DNA of 64,000 nt from positions 96,001 through 160,000 of the forward strand of contig JARVJZ010000003.1 of the NCBI GenBank assembly GCA_029775855.1. The letters are read 5' to 3'. The position numbers and the translations under genes are program-made. The notes beneath the pieces are model-generated. The model was not told the origin of the DNA and did not search any database. It saw only the letters and a program-made list of their open reading frames with translations. This document shows, piece after piece, positions 58,582 to 64,000 of the stretch; the stretch's first letter is position 1, and every line of letters begins with the position of its first letter. This DNA is from Nitrososphaeria archaeon (GTDB taxonomy: Archaea > Thermoproteota > Nitrososphaeria > Nitrososphaerales > JAAOZN01).

Positions 58582-59336
58582 GAAGGCGGAGGCTCTTAGG
58601 GCAGCATACACTTGTGGATTCAAATGTAGTTGAAGCTATGGTTGAAGCTGCTGAACTAGAGGGTTGTGAGGTTGTGTATGAGATAGGAACTGGAAGCGGC
58701 GTGTTGACGCGAAGGCTTTGTAGCCTCGCTGGTAAAGTGGTATCTTGTGAGGTTGATGAAGCGTTATATCGTGTAGCGCTAAGTAAGTTAGATGCAAAGA
58801 ATCTAAAGCTGATTAGAGGAGATGGTTTTGACGCTGATGTTAAGTTTGATGTCTTTATCTCAAGCCTACCCTACTACTGCTCATCAAGGTTCGTAAAGTG
58901 GCTTATCGGTAAGAAGTTTAATAGGGCTGTGGTGCTCCTTCAGAAAGAATTTGTTCAGAAGCTGCTAGCTGAAGTTGGGGGAAAGTATTATAGGGCTATA
59001 TCAGTGTTAGCTCAATACGCCTTTAACATCACACCTATTAGAGATGTGCCTCCTGATGCCTTCACACCTAAACCAAAGGTTCAATCTACGCTCGTGTTGA
59101 TAACGCCGAAGCCGAATAGAAGCCTTAGCAAAGAGATTACACAAACCATATACAAACTATTTGCTTTGAGAAAGAAAAAGGTCTCGACAGCCTTCAAGAT
59201 GTTGGTAAAGAATTCTAAGATATGTGCTTTACCAATACATCCAACTCTTTTAGCTAAGCGTGTAGCATCTTTAACACCTGAAGAAGCCGTTGAGTTGGCT
59301 AAGCTGTTGGTCGACTGCTTTGACGGAAGCTTATAG
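58578..59336 (+). CDS. rsmA: 16S rRNA adenine dimethyltransferase (KsgA/Dim1)
   Basis: LGQH, EIGTGSGVLT, SLPY, QKEF, FTPKPKVQS. Confidence 0.9.
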   Translation: MRRRRLLGQHTLVDSNVVEAMVEAAELEGCEVVYEIGTGSGVLTRRLCSLAGKVVSCEVDEALYRVALSKLDAKNLKLIRGDGFDADVKFDVFISSLPYYCSSRFVKWLIGKKFNRAVVLLQKEFVQKLLAEVGGKYYRAISVLAQYAFNITPIRDVPPDAFTPKPKVQSTLVLITPKPNRSLSKEITQTIYKLFALRKKKVSTAFKMLVKNSKICALPIHPTLLAKRVASLTPEEAVELAKLLVDCFDGSL

Positions 59337-59862
59337 ACCTAGAGAAGATAGTCTACTTCTTGCAAATGTTGTAGAATCTATATCAGCCAATTTAGCCTTG
59401 GAGATAGGGTGTGGAGTTGGGTTTGTGTTAGAGTCGCTGGCTCAGCGCTGTGTCTTTGTGGTTGGTATTGATTTGGATAAAGATTCTTTGAGCCAAGCAA
59501 AGATTCGCTTGAAAGAAAAGGGGTTGACTAACTTTGAAGTGATCTGCGGTTCATCAGCAGAACCATTTATAGGTGAAGTCTTTGACTTGATTGTGTTTAA
59601 TCCACCCTACTTACCCTCGTTAACTATCGAAGATAGGGCTGTGGATGGAGGATATAGAGGTGTAGAGGTATCATTAGAGTGGCTTAAAGAATGTAAAAGA
59701 GTTGTTAAGGCTGGTGGTAAAGTGCTCCTTATCTCCTCAAGCCTAGCCTCACAGAACGACTTGATTCAAGGTGCACAAGCCTTAGGTTTCAAGATGAAAC
59801 TCCTCGCCTCGAAGCATCTCTTCTACGAAGATCTTTATGCTTATGAGTTCACCTTCGGCTAA
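59320..59862 (+). CDS. HemK2/PrmC-family methyltransferase
   Basis: YRPREDSLLL, LEIGCGVG, FNPPYLP, DGG; likely start TTG 59320 (ORF 59290). Confidence 0.88.
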   Translation: MTEAYRPREDSLLLANVVESISANLALEIGCGVGFVLESLAQRCVFVVGIDLDKDSLSQAKIRLKEKGLTNFEVICGSSAEPFIGEVFDLIVFNPPYLPSLTIEDRAVDGGYRGVEVSLEWLKECKRVVKAGGKVLLISSSLASQNDLIQGAQALGFKMKLLASKHLFYEDLYAYEFTFG

Positions 59863-60956
59863 GATGTGTGAAGCTCAACGACATCCCCATCCTTTAACTT
59901 GAAGTTTCTACCCACCTTCACGCCCTCTGGTAAACCTCTACGCCAAACCCTAGCGTAGCTGAAGAACTTCAGAAAATCCTTATGTATCTCAGCAGCCAAA
60001 TCTAAGACTGTAGCTCCTTCATTAAGAAGAATCGGCTTATCCGCTGGCTGAGAATTTGGCGCCTTCGTATAGACCCTAATCTTGCTCAACTTGGCTAGGA
60101 TCTGGTTTACAAGTTCATCTTGCTTGAGTGTTGTGAGAGGTATGATGTTGCTTAACCCAATTCTATCAAGCATATCTGTAGCCTCTGGCGTTAGTGGTAT
60201 GAACTGTAGGTTTCTAGCCTCTCTGCCGAAGACCGCTGCCTCAAGGTCGTCTAAAGTGGCTGTCTTTGAGACCTCCACTATAGCGTTTCTAATCGTGTAT
60301 GATCTTAGAAAGTTAACAACTTCTCTTTCACTCAGATGGTTTGAGCTGCCTACTACTCTTATGCCGCCTGAGGGGGTATGTTTTATTTCTACATCTAGGT
60401 TAGGTTTTTTAACCTCAATATTATGTTCTTCAAACCACTTTATTAGAGCGTTAAGATATTCTTCACCTTCATATCTTATTGGTGTTAGGATGATGTCGCT
60501 GTTTCTGGCTATGCCAAGGAACCGCTCTAGCTTCTCATCCCCTATCTGCCTATCAAACGGCGTTAAAATCAATTGTATAGTTAAGCCCAAGCCTTTAAGC
60601 GCACCAACTATAGGTGAAGCCAGCGCCTCATGCGCTGCGACATCTTTTGAGGCCATTGTGTTAAAGAATATAAGCGATGTCTCTACGCTGCTCATTACCG
60701 CTGCTTGAAGTGCCCCCTCCTTCTTAACGACCCACTCGCTTCTTACTGATGCTTTGCGGCGAAGCTTCGCTCTCTCAATCTCTTCTTCGAGGGATGCTAT
60801 CTGCCTCTTTATCGACATCTCAAGTTTTTCTGTCCCCTTATGCTTAGGGAAGCTTGAGTAGAACTCTTTGAGCAGCCGTAGTTTCTGCACTGGATCTTTA
60901 GCGGCTATGGCTTCAGCCCACTTTGCTTTTGCTTGCTCAGGTAGGTTGGTCGGCAT
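59859..60956 (-). CDS. DRG/Rbg-family TGS-domain protein with degenerate GTPase domain
   Basis: MPTNLP, PKHKGTEKL, VKKEG, C-terminal TGS (RVYTK, IHKDF, LKDGDVVELH); no P-loop. Confidence 0.82.
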   Translation of the reverse strand: MPTNLPEQAKAKWAEAIAAKDPVQKLRLLKEFYSSFPKHKGTEKLEMSIKRQIASLEEEIERAKLRRKASVRSEWVVKKEGALQAAVMSSVETSLIFFNTMASKDVAAHEALASPIVGALKGLGLTIQLILTPFDRQIGDEKLERFLGIARNSDIILTPIRYEGEEYLNALIKWFEEHNIEVKKPNLDVEIKHTPSGGIRVVGSSNHLSEREVVNFLRSYTIRNAIVEVSKTATLDDLEAAVFGREARNLQFIPLTPEATDMLDRIGLSNIIPLTTLKQDELVNQILAKLSKIRVYTKAPNSQPADKPILLNEGATVLDLAAEIHKDFLKFFSYARVWRRGLPEGVKVGRNFKLKDGDVVELHTS

Positions 60957-61027
60957 CTACCATCTTACGCACCATAAAAGTAGATAGTAAGGTTAGATAA
61001 GATCTTTGAGGGAAGGTTCCATCGGGC

Positions 61028-61729
61028 ATGTTGAGGAAACTTTCACTCGCCGTTGTTGAACCTACCTACCCAGTTAACATAGGTCACCTCGCTAGGTTGG
61101 CCAAGAACTTTGGGCTTCACTCATTAATCCTTATAGAGCCTTCATTTAAAATAGAGGAAGCCTTACCCTACGCTTCACACGGCGCCGATATTTTAAGAAA
61201 CGCAAAAGCTATGTCTCTAAAAGAGGTCTTCGAGCGTTTTGAATTAGTTATAGGCACAACATCTATACCAGGTGGTTCAAGAAACATCAAGCGCGATGTG
61301 ATATCGCCGGAAGATGCTGGAAAACGCATCTCAGAAACTAGTGGAAGCGTATGCATTCTATTAGGTAGAGAAACAACAGGTTTAACAAATAAGGAGCTCG
61401 AGCTATGTGACTTAGTAATCTCAATACCAACTGGCACGACATATAGAACTCTGAATATATCACACGCAGCAGCTATAATATTATACATAATCTATAAGTC
61501 AAGCAGCAGAAAGGTGAAAAAAGCAGAGGTGCCAAGAACTATGAAGGCACTGTTATTAGATTCTGCGGTTGAATTGGCGGAGCTATCTGGTTTTCCTAAA
61601 TATAAGGTAGGGATGCTGCGCGACTCCTTAAAGATGCTTGTAGGCAGAGGCAACCCCACGCATAGAGAACTCTCCTTAATCTTAGGATTGTTAAGAAAAG
61701 CTATCTTAGCTTTGAAGAGGCGGGGTTAG
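61028..61729 (+). CDS. SPOUT RNA methyltransferase (TrmJ-like)
   Basis: VEPTYPVNIGHLAR, GRETTGLTNKEL, TLNISHA. Confidence 0.9.
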   Translation: MLRKLSLAVVEPTYPVNIGHLARLAKNFGLHSLILIEPSFKIEEALPYASHGADILRNAKAMSLKEVFERFELVIGTTSIPGGSRNIKRDVISPEDAGKRISETSGSVCILLGRETTGLTNKELELCDLVISIPTGTTYRTLNISHAAAIILYIIYKSSSRKVKKAEVPRTMKALLLDSAVELAELSGFPKYKVGMLRDSLKMLVGRGNPTHRELSLILGLLRKAILALKRRG

Positions 61730-62934
61730 CCTCCTACTTTCTCGAATATGTAAACACCTCTCATTACCATTTGACTTGGGTCTCCAACTAACAGTGGATA
61801 CTTTTTGACTGAATCCATTGAGTATAACCTCAAGCCCGCCTTACTTGCTTCTCTGCTTATGTCGAATGAGAGTATGCGTCTGCTTTTAGTCTTAACGCAA
61901 GGTAAAACAATAGCTAATCTACCCTTAGGTTTTAGGTGCTTGCTTATTGAAGGTAAGCTCCTACAGTAGATTCTGCTTGAACGCTCCAGCATTCTTTTGG
62001 CTTCTTCGTCTGTTGGCGGATGCTTTAGTGGCGGTAGAAGAATAGGCTCTGTAGCTACACCGTCAACCAACCTCCCCTTCAATATTCTACTTAGATTCTC
62101 AGCGTATCCTTGGAACAACTCAACCTTACTTCGAATACCGTATTTCTTCAAGAGCCAAGTTAGGTTTTTACGCGCCCCTTCTACTCTGCTAGATTTAGCG
62201 TCAACACCAACAATATCTAACCCTCTAATAATCGCCTCACCAAGAATGGTGCCTAAGCCACAAAAAGGATCAAGAAGTGTCTCCCCTTTACTGCAAGCGG
62301 TAAGGTTAACCAAGATCCGAGCCAACTTAGGTGGCATAGTTATCGTAGGGTCTTGCACCGGCCTACCTAGGTCTCGCTCCCTGTAGCCTATGTGATCTAC
62401 AACCGCTATGCTCTTACCTATCAACCAATCCTTTAGTTTTACTGCTACAGCTTCAAACCCTTCCTCTACAACGCGCTCCCCTTGAATCAGCTGTGAAGAT
62501 ACTTCATACTCCCAGCCAGAATCAACCTTATGTATCTTTCCTCTAAGCAACTTGGTCTTGACTACACCCTTACTCTTAAGAGCTTCTTTAATACATCCTT
62601 GTAAATCTTCGGAAAACTTTAGCGCTGAGGCTTCGCTCTCCGAGTATGTGCTTACAGCCCACTTCATTTTATCTTTCGCTGACGCTATTAATTCATCTAG
62701 ATTTAGTTTATGCACTTCATCCTCCTTTACCTCAGCGAATACTTCAGCAACCTTATGTAGCCCACCTAAACCTAACCAGAAATCTGAACTCAGATTCTCC
62801 CCTTTAAGAATGCAGCACCTACCTACCTTACCTACCACCTTAAAATTCAAGTTGGAAAGCGTAAAATATGATTCTAACTCCGCCTCTGAAAGAGCGCCGT
62901 ACGCTAGCGTAACGATATATTTTCTCTCAACCAT
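61726..62934 (-). CDS. THUMP/Trm11 (TrmG10)-like tRNA methyltransferase
   Basis: MPPKLARILVNL, LLDPFCGLGTIL. Confidence 0.82.
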   Translation of the reverse strand: MVERKYIVTLAYGALSEAELESYFTLSNLNFKVVGKVGRCCILKGENLSSDFWLGLGGLHKVAEVFAEVKEDEVHKLNLDELIASAKDKMKWAVSTYSESEASALKFSEDLQGCIKEALKSKGVVKTKLLRGKIHKVDSGWEYEVSSQLIQGERVVEEGFEAVAVKLKDWLIGKSIAVVDHIGYRERDLGRPVQDPTITMPPKLARILVNLTACSKGETLLDPFCGLGTILGEAIIRGLDIVGVDAKSSRVEGARKNLTWLLKKYGIRSKVELFQGYAENLSRILKGRLVDGVATEPILLPPLKHPPTDEEAKRMLERSSRIYCRSLPSISKHLKPKGRLAIVLPCVKTKSRRILSFDISREASKAGLRLYSMDSVKKYPLLVGDPSQMVMRGVYIFEKVGG

Positions 62935-62936
62935 AC

Positions 62937-64000
62937 CTACTGAATAATGTTATGCATCAAGATGAGATCTGAAGAGAAGAGGGTAAGAGATGAAGGTATC
63001 TCAACCTTAATCGGATCCTTAAGCGACTTCCCCAAGCTCTTTTTCATATTCCAGACCCGCGAGTTAAACTCTATTATCTCATTAGTCTTCGATGTCAAGG
63101 CTCTATCCCAAACCGCCTCAGGAAACCTCTGCTTATGTATACTCTCTTCACCATACAATCTACACCAAAAGTAGTCTGTTATGAAAGGCGTTATCGGCGC
63201 TTGAAGAAGGAGAATGCTCTTCATACAAGTATGTAAAGTCGACCAAGCAGCCCTCTGCCCAGCTGGGTCATCAGCCTTATATGCCCTAGGCTTAACCATC
63301 TCAACATAATGTGATGCAAAGATGTTCCAAACGAACTCACGAAGCCGATTAGCGGGTATAAAGAAGTTAAAATCTCGATAACCCTCCATGCAAGCATCCA
63401 CCAGATTCGACAGCTCAGCCAAGATCCACATATCCGTAGGTTTAAGCTCGCATTCCTCCACAACAGGGAAACTCGAAATAAATCTAAATAAATTCCAAAG
63501 CTTCGTCATATACTTCTGCATAGAAGCTATCTTTGCCTCAGAGCATCTGAAATCAGATCCTAAGCTCGCCTCTGAAGCAGACCACATCCTAAACGAATCA
63601 GCACCATACTTTTTAAGAATAGGGATAGGATCTAAGACATTTCCTTTGCTCTTACTCATCCTCTCCCCCTTCTCATCAACCCCATACCCCATTATCCAAG
63701 CGTGTTTAAACGGCGCTTTGCCAGTTAGCTGATAACACCTAAGTACAGTGTAGTGAAGCCAAGTTCTAATGATATCTTTACCCTGAGGCCTTAGTGTTGC
63801 TGGGTAAGCCTTCTTGAAGAGTTCATTATTATACCTGTAGCCTGAGATGAAGAGCGGTGAGATGCTGGAATCCATCCAAGTGTCAAATGTTCGAGTATCA
63901 CCTATAAACTCCTTTCCGCCACAACGCTTACATGAGTCAAATGGGCTCTTATCGCACCAAGGACGATAGTAGTTCCCCACTTCAGGCACATGAGGCTCAC
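62937..64000 (-). CDS. valS: valine--tRNA ligase, 3' part (starts outside window)
   Basis: DTWMDSS, PQGKDIIRTW, RMSKSKGN, anticodon-binding domain. Confidence 0.95.
   Translation of the reverse strand, partial: EPHVPEVGNYYRPWCDKSPFDSCKRCGGKEFIGDTRTFDTWMDSSISPLFISGYRYNNELFKKAYPATLRPQGKDIIRTWLHYTVLRCYQLTGKAPFKHAWIMGYGVDEKGERMSKSKGNVLDPIPILKKYGADSFRMWSASEASLGSDFRCSEAKIASMQKYMTKLWNLFRFISSFPVVEECELKPTDMWILAELSNLVDACMEGYRDFNFFIPANRLREFVWNIFASHYVEMVKPRAYKADDPAGQRAAWSTLHTCMKSILLLQAPITPFITDYFWCRLYGEESIHKQRFPEAVWDRALTSKTNEIIEFNSRVWNMKKSLGKSLKDPIKVEIPSSLTLFSSDLILMHNIIQ

Noticed and set aside
1-64000. CRISPR array, rRNA, IS transposase or integrase
   Set aside because: No regularly spaced repeats or such motifs seen by eye

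Overview
Archaeal (TACK; most consistent with a non-ammonia-oxidising Nitrososphaeria/Bathyarchaeia-like lineage, inferred from gene content) chromosomal window, densely coding, with many TTG/GTG and apparently leaderless starts. Content: housekeeping/translation genes (archease, aIF2beta, aIF5A, Dph6, SRP54, Pus10, rpL21e, Rpo4, DUF655-KsgA-HemK, TrmJ, Trm11-like, ValS), the modified 'archaeal' mevalonate pathway (UbiD/AcnX/UbiX) beside tetraether synthase, a TusA-DsrE-cysteine synthase-sulfite oxidase-family operon, a peptide ABC transporter, a branched-chain amino acid (BCAA) biosynthesis cluster, an HdrA(-MvhD)CB-GcvH cluster, and a tRNA-Ala(UGC, intron)-adjacent variable region (decayed VapBC, Type IIG RM, stand-alone NurA-HerA). 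Non-coding elements read directly from the sequence: two C/D-box sRNAs, a K-turn leader, and a shared palindrome upstream of two secreted-protein genes next to a membrane-anchored wHTH regulator. Most striking: a Leu/Ile/Val-rich 26-codon leader peptide with mutually exclusive RNA hairpins upstream of ilvB-ilvN-leuA (attenuation-like control in an archaeon) and an apparent ATC (Ile-codon) start on citramalate synthase. All product calls are from motif recognition by eye; no database searches were run.
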